Positions 1 through 11,027 of a stretch of 35,596 nt of DNA are shown one piece after another (positions within the stretch are counted from its first letter, which is position 1; every line of letters starts with the position of its first letter). Source of the DNA: Vulcanococcus sp. (GTDB lineage: Bacteria; Cyanobacteriota; Cyanobacteriia; PCC-6307; Cyanobiaceae); contig JBJTHL010000231.1 in NCBI GenBank assembly GCA_046094445.1, positions 1 through 35,596 on the forward strand. The letters run 5' to 3'. A program made the position numbers and the translations under genes. The notes beneath the pieces are model-generated. The model had not been told where the DNA came from. It saw only the letters and a program-made list of their open reading frames with translations, and did no database searches.

Positions 1-2453
1 CTGCTGCGCTCGGCGTCGCCGCAGCGCAGCAGGTTGGGGAGCAGCCCCCCGCGGATCCGCTCCGACACGGCAGCGCAGGCGGGGCCGACCACGGATGGCA
101 ACGCTTCTGAAGGAGGGTTCAGCAGGGCCCGGCAGTGATCCAGAGCCTGCTGCTCGAGCCAGGCGATGGCATCACCGCAGTGGCGGGCCGCCGGCAGACC
201 GAGCTGCGCCAGCCGCGGTCGATCCACCGGGCTGAGCGGCAGCTCCTCCGGATCGGCCCAGGGATCCAGCTCCAGGCCGTGATCGCGGGCCAGGGCCTGG
301 GTGAGCCCCAGTCCCTGCGCCTGGGGGGGGCGGGCCAGACAGGCCAGCAGTTCCGCCAGGGCCTCCGGCTCGGGCAACTGCCCGAAGCGATGCAGGCCTG
401 TGCGGATCTGTGCCTCCTTGAGCTCACACAGGTAGCCATCGGCGGCATCGAGCGGGTCGGCGCCGTCGACGGTCAAGGCATCGGGGAGCTGTAGATCGAC
501 CAACTGCTCCAGCACAGCGCTGCGCAGGGCCTCAGCCCGTTCGGAGCCGAGCTGGACTGCCTCCCAGTATTCATCGATCCGGGCTTCGAGGCTGCGCAGG
601 TCGCCATGCAGGCCGGCACGCCCCAGGGGCGGTGTGAGGTGATCCAGGATCACCGCCTGTGCCCGTCGTTTGGCCTGGGAGCCCTCCCCGGGGTCGTTCA
701 CGATGAACGGGTAGATGTGAGGCAGCGGCCCCAGCGCCCACTCCGGATAACAGCTCGACGACAGCCCGAGCCCCTTGCCGGGCAGCCACTCCAGGTTGCC
801 GTGCTTGCCCACATGGCACACGAGCTGAACCGCCGCCACCTCCCGCAGCCAGAGGTACTGCGCCAGGTAGGCGTGGGTGGGGGGCAGGTCAGGGGCGTGG
901 TAGCTGAGGGCCGGATCACGGTCGTAGCCGCGTGCAGGCTGGATCAGGACGACCACGTGGCCGAAGCGCAGCCCGTGGATCGGAAAGCCGCCGGCTTCCA
1001 GGCTTGGATCGCTGGCCGGCGGCCCCCAGCGGGCTTCCAGCCGCTGGCGACCATCGACCGGCAGGGAGCCGTACCAGCGCCTGTAGGTCTCCAGGGGCAG
1101 ATGGGCCAGGGGCCGGCGGTGCTGGCTCTCTGGATCGTTGCTGCGGCCCGCCAACAGCCGCTGAATCAGGGCGTCGCCATCGGCGGGCAGGGCCTCGCCA
1201 CCTTCCGCACCCGTGTGGTAACCCGCCGCCGTGAGCCAGTGCAGCATCGCGGCAGCGCTGGCGGGGGTGTCAAGCCCCACGCCGTTAGCCAGGCGGCTGT
1301 TGCGGGTGGGGTAATTGGCCAGCACCAGAGCCAGGCGCCGCTCAGCGGCGGGGGTCTGGCGCAGGCGGCACCACTCGGACAGAAGCTGGGCCACCCAGGC
1401 CAACCGCTCACAGTCCGGCATGACGTGCTGCAGGGCGGTGGCCAGCCGGGTGTCGGCACCCGCCAGCTCCTTGAAGGCCCCGACCCGGGTGGTGATGCGG
1501 CCATCCAGCTCCGGCATGGCGATCTGCAGGGTGAGATCCAGGGGGGCCAGCCCCAGAGGGCTGGCCCGCCAGCTCTCACGGCTCTGGGTGCTGCACAGCA
1601 GTTGCAGCACAGGAACGGCCAGGGTCTCCCACAGCGGCGCCCCAAGACCCGCCTCCTCGAGCTGCACGGAGGCGAATGAGGTGGTGCAGAGCACCGCCTG
1701 CACCCGCTCACGAGCGAGGAGATCAGCGACGCCCCGCTGCACGGCCTCGTTGCGCAGGCCGCTCACCCACAGGGCGCGCGGTGCCAGGCCAGCGGTGCGC
1801 AGGGCGTCCAGCAGCGCCTCACACAAGGCCAGATCGCCGCTCTGCAGCAACGCGCGATACAGCACGACACCCACCCGCGGGCCGGGTTCCTCGCGCCAGT
1901 CGTGGGGTTGGGGATCCGCCAGGGGCTGCAGGACCGGCGGCGGCGGCGCATGACCCTCCAGCAGGCTGTGAAGGGCGTCAACAACCACGCGCCAGTTGGC
2001 CGCTCCCCCCTCCCTCAGGCAGTGGCTGCAGGCCCGGGCCAGCGGTTCCGGCAGGGTGCCGAGGGGCAACAGGGCGTCGTCCTCCTCAGCGGTGCCCGCC
2101 AGCACCAGCAGCTCACGCTGGGGCGCCGCGGCGGCCCAGAGCCCGAGCTGCTCCAAGCCATAACTCCAGTGGCCGCGCCCCCCCAGCAGCCGCACGATCA
2201 CCAGCTCGGTGGCCGCCAGGCTGGTGCGCAGCCAGTGATCGAGCACGGCGGGGTGCTGCAGGGCCGCCAGGTTCAGGCCCCGCAGCTCGCGACCCGGCCC
2301 GAGGGGCTGCGGCTGTTGATCCAGCAGGGACGCCAGGGCCGTCAGATCGGTGTCGGCGCTACTGAGCAGCACCACAGCAGCGGGGGGCTGCTCGATGAAC
2401 ACCACGCCATCGGCAGGGCTGGTGCTGCCGGGAACGGCCGCGAGGCGATGCAT
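1..2453 (-). CDS. cobN: Cobaltochelatase subunit CobN (5' part; continues past the left edge)
   Basis: Minus strand from ATG at 2453 reads MHRLAAVPGSTSPADGVVFIEQPPAAVVLLSSADTDL, the typical cyanobacterial CobN N-terminus. The CobN/ChlH motif CHVGKHGNLEWLPGKG occurs near 775-820. It is missing from the ORF track, consistent with no stop inside the window. Confidence 0.93.
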   Translation of the reverse strand, partial: MHRLAAVPGSTSPADGVVFIEQPPAAVVLLSSADTDLTALASLLDQQPQPLGPGRELRGLNLAALQHPAVLDHWLRTSLAATELVIVRLLGGRGHWSYGLEQLGLWAAAAPQRELLVLAGTAEEDDALLPLGTLPEPLARACSHCLREGGAANWRVVVDALHSLLEGHAPPPPVLQPLADPQPHDWREEPGPRVGVVLYRALLQSGDLALCEALLDALRTAGLAPRALWVSGLRNEAVQRGVADLLARERVQAVLCTTSFASVQLEEAGLGAPLWETLAVPVLQLLCSTQSRESWRASPLGLAPLDLTLQIAMPELDGRITTRVGAFKELAGADTRLATALQHVMPDCERLAWVAQLLSEWCRLRQTPAAERRLALVLANYPTRNSRLANGVGLDTPASAAAMLHWLTAAGYHTGAEGGEALPADGDALIQRLLAGRSNDPESQHRRPLAHLPLETYRRWYGSLPVDGRQRLEARWGPPASDPSLEAGGFPIHGLRFGHVVVLIQPARGYDRDPALSYHAPDLPPTHAYLAQYLWLREVAAVQLVCHVGKHGNLEWLPGKGLGLSSSCYPEWALGPLPHIYPFIVNDPGEGSQAKRRAQAVILDHLTPPLGRAGLHGDLRSLEARIDEYWEAVQLGSERAEALRSAVLEQLVDLQLPDALTVDGADPLDAADGYLCELKEAQIRTGLHRFGQLPEPEALAELLACLARPPQAQGLGLTQALARDHGLELDPWADPEELPLSPVDRPRLAQLGLPAARHCGDAIAWLEQQALDHCRALLNPPSEALPSVVGPACAAVSERIRGGLLPNLLRCGDAERS

Positions 2454-2565
2454 TCCCCCATCCTGCGGTGCCGCAGCACCGGCCTGCAGGCCCCAGGCAG
2501 CCACAGCTGCGGCCGGGCCGGTGAGAAGATCACCGGAAGCTGAGGCCGCCACGCCCCACCGACCG

Positions 2566-3483
2566 ATGCATCAGTTCCTGCCCTACGCCTGGTTCGGTGG
2601 CAAGTGCGTGCCGTTCGCCGAGGCGACCCTCTCGGTGGCCACCCACGCGCTTCACTACGGAACCGGGGCCTTCGGCGGCATGCGTGCCCTGCCCAATCCA
2701 GAGGATGCCAACGAGATCCTGCTGTTCCGGGCAGACCGGCACGCCCGCCGCTTGAGCCAGAGCGCTCGGCTGCTGCTCACCGAGCTCACGGAAGACACCA
2801 TCCACGGCGCCATCCATCAGTTCCTGCAGGCCAACAAGCCCACCTGCCCGGTGTACCTGCGCCCGTTCGTGTACACCAGCGATCTGGGGATCGCCCCACG
2901 CCTGCACAACATCGAGACCGACTTCCTGATCTACGGCCTCGAACTGGGCGATTACCTCTCCCCTGAGGGGGTGAGCTGCCGCATCAGCTCCTGGACCCGC
3001 CAGGAGGACCGCTCCCTGCCCCTGCGCGGCAAGATCAGCGGTGCCTACATCACCAGCTCCCTCGCCAAGACCGAAGCGGTGAAGAGCGGTTTTGACGAGG
3101 CGCTGCTGCTCAACAGCCGCGGCAAGGTGAGCGAGGCCAGCGGCATGAACCTGTTCATCGTGCGCGATGGCGTGCTGATCACCCCCGGGGTGGATCAGGA
3201 CATCCTCGAGGGCATCACCCGCGCCAGCGTGCTGGAACTGGCGCAGGCCATGGGCATCCCCACCCTGGAGCGCCCGGTGGACAAGAGCGAGCTGTTCATC
3301 GCCGACGAGGTGTTCCTCAGCGGCACCGCGGCCAAGGTGACGCCGGTGCGGCGGGTGGAAACCACCGATCTCAGCAGCGACCGTCCGGTGATGAACGCCA
3401 TCCGCGAGCGCATCACCGCGATCACGGAAGGCTGCGATCCCGCCTATGACCACTGGGTCACGCGCGTACGTCTGAACGGCTGA
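2566..3483 (+). CDS. ilvE: Branched-chain amino acid aminotransferase (class IV PLP)
   Basis: Motifs [45 protein letters not shown]. Start placed at ATG 2566 ([10 protein letters not shown]) rather than the track's 2350. Confidence 0.95.
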   Translation: MHQFLPYAWFGGKCVPFAEATLSVATHALHYGTGAFGGMRALPNPEDANEILLFRADRHARRLSQSARLLLTELTEDTIHGAIHQFLQANKPTCPVYLRPFVYTSDLGIAPRLHNIETDFLIYGLELGDYLSPEGVSCRISSWTRQEDRSLPLRGKISGAYITSSLAKTEAVKSGFDEALLLNSRGKVSEASGMNLFIVRDGVLITPGVDQDILEGITRASVLELAQAMGIPTLERPVDKSELFIADEVFLSGTAAKVTPVRRVETTDLSSDRPVMNAIRERITAITEGCDPAYDHWVTRVRLNG

Positions 3484-6400
3484 TGCTCGCCACCCAACGC
3501 ATCGGATTCCTGGAGCGTCTGCACAGCCCGGAGCGGCCGGTGCTGGTGTTCGACGGTGCCACAGGCACCTCATTGCAGCAGATGGACCTCAGCGCCGAGG
3601 ATTTCGGCGGCGCAGCCCTGGAGGGCTGCAACGAGAACCTGGTGTTCACCCGACCCGATGCGGTGCAGGCGGTCCACCGCCAGTTCCTGGAGGTGGGCGC
3701 CGATGTGATCGAAACCGACACCTTCGGTGCGGCCTCGATCGTGCTGGCCGAATACGACCTGCAGGACCAGGCCTACGCCATCAACAAGCGCGCCGCGGAA
3801 CTGGCCCGCGAGATGGCCGAGGCCTACTCCACCCCCGAGAAGCCGCGCTTCGTGGCGGGCTCGATGGGCCCCACCACCAAGCTGCCCACCCTCGGCCACA
3901 TCGACTTCGACACGATGAAGGCCTCCTTCGCCGAGCAGGCGGAGGGGCTGATCGCCGGCGATGTGGATCTGTTCATCGTCGAAACCTGCCAGGACGTGCT
4001 GCAGATCAAGGCAGCGCTGCAGGGGATCGAGGAGGCGTTCGCCAGCACCGGCCAGCGCCGGCCCCTGATGGTGAGCGTCACGATGGAAACCACCGGCACG
4101 ATGCTGGTGGGCTCGGACATCGCTGCGGTGGTGGCGATCCTGGAGCCATTTCCGATCGATGTGCTCGGCCTCAACTGCGCCACCGGCCCGGAGCAGATGA
4201 AGGAGCACGTGCGCTATCTCAGCGAGCACAGCCCCTTTGTGGTGAGCTGCATCCCCAACGCCGGCCTGCCCGAGAACATCGGCGGTGTGGCCCACTACCG
4301 GCTCACGCCGCTGGAGATGAAGATGCAGCTCCTGCACTTCGTGGAAGATCTCGGCGTGCAGGTGATCGGTGGCTGCTGCGGCACCACCCCGGCCCACATC
4401 GGCGCCCTGGCTGAGCTGGCGGGGGAGCTGAGGCCGGCGGAGCGCCGGGTTCGCACCCCCCAGCTGCGGGCCAACGCCCAGGATCCGCGGCCCGCCCTGG
4501 GTTACGAGCCCGCAGCGGCCTCGCTCTACGGCACCACGCCCTACCTGCAGGACCAGTCGTTCCTGATCATCGGCGAGCGGCTCAACGCCAGCGGCAGCAA
4601 GAAGGTGCGCGAGCTGCTGGCGGAGGAAGACTGGGACGGTCTGGTGGCGGTGGCCCGCGGCCAGGTGAAGGAAAACGCCCACGTGCTTGACGTCAACGTC
4701 GACTACGTGGGGCGCGACGGTGAGCGCGACATGCGCGAGCTGGTGAGCCGGTTGGTGACGAATGTCAACCTGCCGCTGATGCTCGATTCCACCGAGTGGC
4801 AGAAGATGGAGGCCGGCCTGAAGATGGCCGGCGGCAAGTGCATCCTCAACTCCACCAACTACGAAGACGGCGACGAGCGCTTCTTCAAAGTGCTGGAGCT
4901 GGCGAAGGCCTATGGGGCCGGCGTGGTGGTGGGCACGATCGATGAAGAGGGCATGGCCCGCACGGCGGAGCGCAAGTTCGCCATCGCCCAGCGCGCCTAT
5001 CGCGATGCCCTCGAGTACGGCATCCCCGCCCACGAGATCTTCTACGACCCCCTGGCCCTGCCGATCTCCACCGGCATCGAGGAGGACCGGGAGAACGGTC
5101 TCGCCACCGTGGACGCGATCCGCATGATCCGCGAGCGCCTCCCCGGCGTGCACGTGGTGCTGGGGGTGAGCAACGTCAGTTTCGGTCTGTCGCCGGCGGC
5201 GCGGATCGTGCTCAATTCGGTGTTCCTGCACGACTGCTGCGAGGCCGGCATGGATGCCGCAATCGTGAGCCCCGCCAAGATCCTGCCGTTGGTGAAGATC
5301 AGCGAGGAACACCAGCAGGTGTGCCGTGATCTGATCCACGACAACCGCCGTTTCGACAACGGCGTGTGCATCTACGACCCACTCACCGAACTCACCAAGC
5401 TGTTCGAAGGGGTAAGTGCCAAGGAGGCGCGCGCCTCAGGCCCCCAGCTGAGCGATCTGCCGATCGAGGAGCGCCTCAAGCAGCACATCATCGACGGCGA
5501 ACGCATCGGCCTTGAGGACGCCCTCAGGATCGCCCTCGACACCTACAAACCCCTGGAGATCATCAACACCTTCCTGCTCGATGGCATGAAGGTGGTCGGT
5601 GAACTGTTCGGCTCCGGCCAGATGCAGCTGCCCTTCGTGCTGCAGAGCGCCGAAACGATGAAATCGGCGGTGGCCTTCCTGGAGCCGCTGATGGACAAGC
5701 TGGAGGGCCCAGATGGGGAAAGCCAGCGTTCCGCCAAGGCCACGTTCCTGATTGCCACCGTGAAAGGCGATGTGCACGACATCGGCAAGAACCTGGTGGA
5801 TATCATCCTCACCAACAACGGCTATGAGGTGATCAACCTCGGCATCAAGCAGCCGGTGGAGGCCATCATCGAGGCCCAGCAGCTGCACAAGGCCGACTGC
5901 ATCGCCATGAGTGGCCTGCTGGTGAAATCCACCGCCTTTATGAAGGACAACCTCGCGGCCTTCAACGAAGCGGGTATCGACGTGCCGGTGATCCTCGGCG
6001 GAGCCGCCCTCACACCACGCTTCGTGAACAAGGACTGCCGTGAGGTGTATCTGGGCCAGGTGATCTACGGCCGCGATGCCTTCGCCGACCTGCGCTTCAT
6101 GGATGCCTACGTGGCGGCCCGGGATGCCGGCCAGTGGGACAACAGGGGTGGCTTCCTGGCCGGCGCCCCCGAGGGCCTGGGACTCGACGCCGCAGCAGCG
6201 TCCGAGGCTGTCGGCGAGCCCGCCGCCGCTGCAGCCGAAACGGAGGCCGGAGCCAGCGGCCCGGCGGCCGCCAGCAGCGAATCAGCCGTCACGAGCAGCG
6301 ATCCCAACGATCACCGCTCCGTGGCCGTTGCTGCGGAACCGGCCCTCACTCCACCGTTCTGGGGTTCGCGGGTGCTCGGTGAGGCCGACATCCCCCTGGA

Positions 6401-7166
6401 GGAGGTGTTTGCCTACCTCGATCGCAACGCCCTGTTCGCCGGCCAATGGCAACTGCGCAAGGCCCAGGGCCAGTCGCGCGAGGAGTACGAGGCGATGCTG
6501 GCCGAGAAGGCCGAGCCGGTGCTCCAGCAGTGGATGGCCCGCTGCCTGCAGGAGCAGCTCCTCACCCCGCGGGTGGCCTACGGCTACTTCCCCTGCGGCC
6601 GCCAGGGCAACGCCGTGGTGGTGTTCGACCCGGGTGCCCCCAGCCGCGAACTGGGGCGTTTCCAGCTGCCGCGCCAACGCTCCGGCAACCGCTACTGCAT
6701 CGCCGACTTCTACCAGGATCTGGTCGGCGACCCCGGCGCCGCAACGCCGCGAGCCAGCGACGTGCTGCCGATGCAGGCCGTGACCATGGGAGAGACAGCA
6801 ACCCGCTTCGCCCAGGAGCTGTTCCGGGGCGACCAGTACAGCGACTATCTCTACTTCCATGGTCTGGGAGTCCAGATGGCCGAGGCCCTGGCGGAGTGGA
6901 CCCACGCCCGCATCCGCCGCGACCTGGGCTTCCCTGACCCCGCGGAGATGCCCCTGCGGGATGTGCTGGCCCAGCGCTACCGCGGCAGCCGCTACTCCTT
7001 CGGCTACCCCGCCTGCCCCAACGTGGCCGATTCTCGGCAGCAACTGGAGTGGCTGGGGGCCGAGCGCATTGGCCTGTCGATGGACGAGAGCGATCAGCTG
7101 GAGCCGGAGCAGAGCACCACAGCCCTGGTGGCCCTGCACAGCCAGGCCCGCTACTTCTCCGCCTGA
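3483..7166 (+). CDS. metH: Cobalamin-dependent methionine synthase
   Basis: [23 protein letters not shown] (Hcy/Zn domain), IIGERLN (pterin domain), [10 protein letters not shown] (B12-binding His), [10 protein letters not shown] (activation domain). The start overlaps the ilvE stop (TGATG). Confidence 0.98.
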   Translation: MLATQRIGFLERLHSPERPVLVFDGATGTSLQQMDLSAEDFGGAALEGCNENLVFTRPDAVQAVHRQFLEVGADVIETDTFGAASIVLAEYDLQDQAYAINKRAAELAREMAEAYSTPEKPRFVAGSMGPTTKLPTLGHIDFDTMKASFAEQAEGLIAGDVDLFIVETCQDVLQIKAALQGIEEAFASTGQRRPLMVSVTMETTGTMLVGSDIAAVVAILEPFPIDVLGLNCATGPEQMKEHVRYLSEHSPFVVSCIPNAGLPENIGGVAHYRLTPLEMKMQLLHFVEDLGVQVIGGCCGTTPAHIGALAELAGELRPAERRVRTPQLRANAQDPRPALGYEPAAASLYGTTPYLQDQSFLIIGERLNASGSKKVRELLAEEDWDGLVAVARGQVKENAHVLDVNVDYVGRDGERDMRELVSRLVTNVNLPLMLDSTEWQKMEAGLKMAGGKCILNSTNYEDGDERFFKVLELAKAYGAGVVVGTIDEEGMARTAERKFAIAQRAYRDALEYGIPAHEIFYDPLALPISTGIEEDRENGLATVDAIRMIRERLPGVHVVLGVSNVSFGLSPAARIVLNSVFLHDCCEAGMDAAIVSPAKILPLVKISEEHQQVCRDLIHDNRRFDNGVCIYDPLTELTKLFEGVSAKEARASGPQLSDLPIEERLKQHIIDGERIGLEDALRIALDTYKPLEIINTFLLDGMKVVGELFGSGQMQLPFVLQSAETMKSAVAFLEPLMDKLEGPDGESQRSAKATFLIATVKGDVHDIGKNLVDIILTNNGYEVINLGIKQPVEAIIEAQQLHKADCIAMSGLLVKSTAFMKDNLAAFNEAGIDVPVILGGAALTPRFVNKDCREVYLGQVIYGRDAFADLRFMDAYVAARDAGQWDNRGGFLAGAPEGLGLDAAAASEAVGEPAAAAAETEAGASGPAAASSESAVTSSDPNDHRSVAVAAEPALTPPFWGSRVLGEADIPLEEVFAYLDRNALFAGQWQLRKAQGQSREEYEAMLAEKAEPVLQQWMARCLQEQLLTPRVAYGYFPCGRQGNAVVVFDPGAPSRELGRFQLPRQRSGNRYCIADFYQDLVGDPGAATPRASDVLPMQAVTMGETATRFAQELFRGDQYSDYLYFHGLGVQMAEALAEWTHARIRRDLGFPDPAEMPLRDVLAQRYRGSRYSFGYPACPNVADSRQQLEWLGAERIGLSMDESDQLEPEQSTTALVALHSQARYFSA

Positions 7167-7215
7167 TCGGGGATCCGGGCCTTTCTAGGCTCGCCAGGCC
7201 TTCGCTCCCTCCCCC

Positions 7216-7491
7216 ATGGCACTTGCCGGCCCCGGCGGCGTCGATGACGCCATCGCTGCAGGACTCGACCTGGATGGCACACCGATCCCCGCCGAGATGC
7301 TCAACCTCTACAACGAGGTGATGGACCTCGAAAGCCAGCGAGCCCGCAGCGGGGTCAAGAAGTCGATGCGCAACCGCATCGTCAAAACCGGCTCCAAGCA
7401 CTTCGACCAGCAGACCCTCGATGCGCGCCTCAAGGCCGCGGGTTGGGAGGGTCTCAAGGACAAGGAGATCGCCTTCTTCTACGGCGGCTGA
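7216..7491 (+). CDS. Conserved cyanobacterial small protein, DUF4090 (Ssr1528-like)
   Basis: 91 aa; GxDxDGxPIP...LYNEVMDLE...RSGVKKSMRNRIV...KEIAFFY pattern recognised as DUF4090; GC3-rich codons. Confidence 0.8.
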   Translation: MALAGPGGVDDAIAAGLDLDGTPIPAEMLNLYNEVMDLESQRARSGVKKSMRNRIVKTGSKHFDQQTLDARLKAAGWEGLKDKEIAFFYGG

Positions 7492-7503
7492 GCTGGCTGG
7501 GCC

Positions 7504-7731
7504 TCAGCTGCAGAGGTCCTCGAGGGTTTCGATCACCTCCTGCTGAAACGCCTCCAGATCGGCGGAGTCAGAGAGGTCGATGCCCTCACCGGCGGCGTTC
7601 TGAGCCAGTTCCTGGAAATGAAAGGCGCCTTCGCCGTTCGCCAGGAACTCGATCGCCGAGTTCTCGCCGCTTTCCTTGAAGGCATCACAGAGGGCCATGA
7701 AGGCGGCGTCTTCGGTGAAGTCCCAGCTCAT
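7504..7731 (-). CDS. Small acidic hypothetical protein
   Basis: 75 aa, protein-like composition and host codon usage; fills the gap between neighbours. Confidence 0.75.
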   Translation of the reverse strand: MSWDFTEDAAFMALCDAFKESGENSAIEFLANGEGAFHFQELAQNAAGEGIDLSDSADLEAFQQEVIETLEDLCS

Positions 7732-7848
7732 GTAGGGGGGTCTGCTGAAAGACCTTTAACGCCTGCCCCCCCGAATCCGTCAACCTCTCGCCGGTTTTTT
7801 GTTCCACACCTTCGTCAGACTGCCGGCGCCACCCACCGCTGCAGCGCC

Positions 7849-8241
7849 GTGTCGTCAGCCACCACCAACCCCGCCGCTGCCCTCAATGTGCTGGGGGAAC
7901 CGCTGGAGGTCTGCGGTTGTGAACCAATGACCGGCTGGTATCGCGATGGTCAGTGCCGGACCGATGGCAGCGACCTCGGCCGCCACACGGTCTGCTGTGT
8001 GGTGAACGAGCCGTTCCTCAGCTACAGCCGCGCCCAGGGCAACGATCTATCCACCCCGGCACCCCAGTACGGCTTTCCCGGGCTGCGCCCCGGCGATCAC
8101 TGGTGCGTGTGCGCCCCACGCTGGCTGGAGGCCTACGAGGACGGCATGGCCCCGCCGGTGCGGCTGCAGGCCTGCGAACGCAGCACGCTGGACGTGATTC
8201 CCCTGGAGCTGCTGCAGTCCCACGCCGCCCCTGGCGCATGA
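7849..8241 (+). CDS. DUF2237 family protein
   Basis: LNVLGEPLEVC..PMTGWYRDG.C....D.G.HTVC, GNDLSTP.P.YGFPGL.PGD.WCVCA.RW. Start estimated at GTG 7849. Confidence 0.88.
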   Translation: MSSATTNPAAALNVLGEPLEVCGCEPMTGWYRDGQCRTDGSDLGRHTVCCVVNEPFLSYSRAQGNDLSTPAPQYGFPGLRPGDHWCVCAPRWLEAYEDGMAPPVRLQACERSTLDVIPLELLQSHAAPGA

Positions 8242-8248
8242 TGGCGCC

Positions 8249-9181
8249 ATGAGCCTGCACATCGCCGTTCTCGGCCTCGGAGCCTGGGGAGAGACCCTGA
8301 GCGCCCTGCTGCGGCACCAGGGCCACGCGCTGCAGTCCTGGAGCCGTCGCCGGGGCGGCGACCCCGCCGCTGCGCTGGCAGGGGCCGATGTCGCCCTGGT
8401 GGCGGTGTCGATGGCAGGGGTGCGCGAGCTGGCACCGGCCCTGGCCCCGCGTTGGCCTGATCAGCTGCCCCTGGTGAGCTGCAGCAAGGGGATCGACCTG
8501 GAGCAGCTCTGTACCCCCAGCCAGCTCTGGCACCAGCACCGGCAGGATCTGCCGCTGCTGGTGCTGAGTGGCCCAAACCTGGCCACGGAGCTGGCGGCGG
8601 GGCTACCGGCCGCCAGTGTTCTGGCCAGTGCCGATGCAGCGCTGGCCCATCGCCTGCAGCACGCCCTCAGCAGCGAACGGCTGCGGCTCTATACCAATGC
8701 GGATCCGGTGGGCACCGAGGTGGCCGGCGCCCTCAAGAATGTGATGGCGATTGCCGCCGGCATCTGCGATGGTCTGCAGCTGGGCACCAACGCCAAAGCC
8801 TCCCTGCTCTGCCGCGCCCTGGTGGAGATGGGCACGGTGATCGAAGGGCTGGGGGGCACGGCCTCCAGCCTCTATGGCCTGGCGGGGCTGGGGGATCTGC
8901 TGGCCACCGCCAACAGCACCCTGAGCCGCAACTACCGCTTTGGCCTGGCCCTGGCCGAGGGGTTGAGCCAGCAGGAAGCCCTGCAACGGGTGGGCGCCAC
9001 GGTGGAGGGGGCCTCCACCGCTGAGGCGGTGCTGCGGCTGGCCCAGCAACGGGGCTGGCACCTGCCGATCAGCCATGAGGTGGGCCTGCTGATGCGTGGG
9101 CAGGTGAGCGCCGCTCAGGCGGTGCGCCATCTGATGGAACGCGATCTGCGCGAGGAACGGCTGGCGTTGCCCACCGCATGA
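8249..9181 (+). CDS. gpsA: NAD(P)H-dependent glycerol-3-phosphate dehydrogenase
   Basis: GLGAWG Rossmann motif, CSKG, LSGPNLA.E, GALKNVMAIAAG, GLGDL..T, SRNYRFG, VEG. Confidence 0.95.
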   Translation: MSLHIAVLGLGAWGETLSALLRHQGHALQSWSRRRGGDPAAALAGADVALVAVSMAGVRELAPALAPRWPDQLPLVSCSKGIDLEQLCTPSQLWHQHRQDLPLLVLSGPNLATELAAGLPAASVLASADAALAHRLQHALSSERLRLYTNADPVGTEVAGALKNVMAIAAGICDGLQLGTNAKASLLCRALVEMGTVIEGLGGTASSLYGLAGLGDLLATANSTLSRNYRFGLALAEGLSQQEALQRVGATVEGASTAEAVLRLAQQRGWHLPISHEVGLLMRGQVSAAQAVRHLMERDLREERLALPTA

Positions 9182-10080
9182 GCACAGCCGGTTCCGATCA
9201 GACCCTGCCAGCCCTGCTGGTGGAGGCTTTCGCCCCAGGCCCCCTGCAGGGAAACGGCGCCGCCGTGGTGCAGCTGCCGCAGCCCGCGTGCAGCGGTTGG
9301 ATGCAGGACCTCGCCACCAGCCTGCGCCAGTCGGAAACGGCCTTCCTCTGGCAACGCGCCCCGGGGGACTGGGCCCTGCGCTGGTTCACCCCCAGCTGTG
9401 AAGTGCCCCTGTGCGGCCACGCCACCCTGGCGGCCACCCTGGCCTTGGGGCACTGGGGAGCTCTGCAGCCTGGAGAGCCATTGACCCTCGCCAGCCGCAG
9501 CGGCCCACTGCGGGTGATGCTCTCGCCCGATCGTGCTGGGGCAGCCAGCCTGGTGCTGCCCAGCGGCCCCCTGGAGGAGCGCGATGCTCCTGCTTATCTG
9601 ACCGCGCTGCTGGACTGCCAGCCCCTGGGGTACTGGGGCTCGTCGGCCCTGGGTTATCGCGTGGTGCTGCTCCCGATCGACCACGACCTTGCCAACCTGC
9701 CCTCACCGGCCGATCGACTGCAGGGGGCGGATCGCCAGGGGCTGGTGGTGATGCAGGCGATCGGCCCAGAAGGGCCGCAGGTCTTGGACCAAACCTGCGA
9801 CTACCAGCTGCGCTTCTTTGCCCCCGGTCTCGGGATCCCAGAGGATCCGGTGACCGGCTCGGCCCACGCCCTGGTGGCCCCTTGGTGGATGCAACGGTTG
9901 GGACGCCATCGGGTGAGCGGCTGGCAGTGCTCGCCAAGGCGTGGTGGAATGCTCTGCGAACTGGAGCGGGCGGGCCTGATCCGTCTGAGCGGCACTGGCC
10001 ATTGCCTATGGGACGGTCAACTCCAGGCAGGCCCCTGTGGCCAGGATCCAGACGGTTGGCAGCCATGTGGCGGCGCCTGA
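9178..10080 (+). CDS. PhzF family (diaminopimelate-epimerase-like) protein
   Basis: AF...P..GN.AAV, SETAF, LRWFTP..EV.LCGHATLA, RFFAP..GI.EDPVTGSAH; 4-bp ATGA overlap with gpsA. Confidence 0.92.
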   Translation: MSTAGSDQTLPALLVEAFAPGPLQGNGAAVVQLPQPACSGWMQDLATSLRQSETAFLWQRAPGDWALRWFTPSCEVPLCGHATLAATLALGHWGALQPGEPLTLASRSGPLRVMLSPDRAGAASLVLPSGPLEERDAPAYLTALLDCQPLGYWGSSALGYRVVLLPIDHDLANLPSPADRLQGADRQGLVVMQAIGPEGPQVLDQTCDYQLRFFAPGLGIPEDPVTGSAHALVAPWWMQRLGRHRVSGWQCSPRRGGMLCELERAGLIRLSGTGHCLWDGQLQAGPCGQDPDGWQPCGGA

Positions 10081-11027
10081 GCCCGGGGCGCTGGCGCACC
10101 CTGCTGCTCGGGGCGCCCATGAGCCTGGGGGCTCTGGGGGTGGGCTTCGCGGCCCAGGGCCTGCTGCCGAGCTCCAGCGGCCTGAGCGGTCCTGTGCTGC
10201 AGGCGATCCTGCAGCCGCCACCGCAGCATCAGGCCCCCCGCGCCAAGGCCCGCGATGATCTGCGCGGTCTGGCCGCTGAACGCAGCGCCCAGCGGGGTCT
10301 GCAGGAACCGGCCCGCGGCGTGGTGCCCCAGCTCGATATCCGCGTGGCGATCGCTCGGGGGGCGGAGCGGGTGGAGCTCTCTGCCAGCGGTCCCTGGTGG
10401 CTGAGGCGCCGGGATGGCAGCGTGCTGCAGCGGGGCCAGGCCGGTGAGCGCCTGAGCCTCGGGGTCGGCGATCCCCTGCCGCCAGAGGTGTGGCTGGAAA
10501 CCACGCCAGAGCAGGCGGTGGAGCTGAACGGCCGCCGTTATGCCGGGCGCTTGCGGCTGATCAACCCCGGCGACGGCCTGCTGGTGGTGAACCACCTGCC
10601 CCTGGAGCAGTACGTGGCCTCGGTGGTGGGGGCGGAAATGCCGAGCTCATGGAACATGGAAGCCCTCAAGGCCCAGGCGATCGCTGCCCGCTCCTATGCC
10701 CTGGCCCACATGGCCCGCCCCGCGAGCGACCACTGGCACCTGGGCGACAGCACCCGCTGGCAGGCCTACCGGGGCCTGGAGAGTGAAACCAACCGCACCC
10801 GCCAGGCCGCTGCCGACACCGTGGGCCTGATCCTCAGTTATCAGGGCGGGATCGTGGAGAGCCTCTATGCCGCCAACAGCCAGATCAGCTGGGAGGCCCA
10901 TGGCCACCTGGGGGCGTCGATGAGTCAGGAGGGAGCCCAGGCGCTGGCGAGTCGGGGCTTGCGGTTCACGGAGATCCTCGGCCGTTACTACCAGGGCGCC
11001 GCATTGGCACGGCTGCGGCTCAGCTGA
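10065..11027 (+). CDS. SpoIID/LytB domain protein
   Basis: N-terminal hydrophobic segment; RYAGRL, VN.LPLEQYVASVVGAEMP.SW..EALKAQAIAARSYA, WQAY.G, MSQ.GA..LA..G....EIL..YY.G. Start at ATG 10065 (the track's 9411 start overlaps phzF). Confidence 0.88.
   Translation: MWRRLSPGRWRTLLLGAPMSLGALGVGFAAQGLLPSSSGLSGPVLQAILQPPPQHQAPRAKARDDLRGLAAERSAQRGLQEPARGVVPQLDIRVAIARGAERVELSASGPWWLRRRDGSVLQRGQAGERLSLGVGDPLPPEVWLETTPEQAVELNGRRYAGRLRLINPGDGLLVVNHLPLEQYVASVVGAEMPSSWNMEALKAQAIAARSYALAHMARPASDHWHLGDSTRWQAYRGLESETNRTRQAAADTVGLILSYQGGIVESLYAANSQISWEAHGHLGASMSQEGAQALASRGLRFTEILGRYYQGAALARLRLS

Noticed and set aside
606-2543. Long plus-strand ORFs (606-1679, 1315-1953, 1676-2365, 1902-2543)
   Set aside because: Antisense shadows of cobN in high-GC DNA; no recognisable motifs.
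2454-2565. Possible cobalamin riboswitch between cobN and ilvE-metH
   Set aside because: The region is only 112 bp and no B12-box or conserved core is recognisable.
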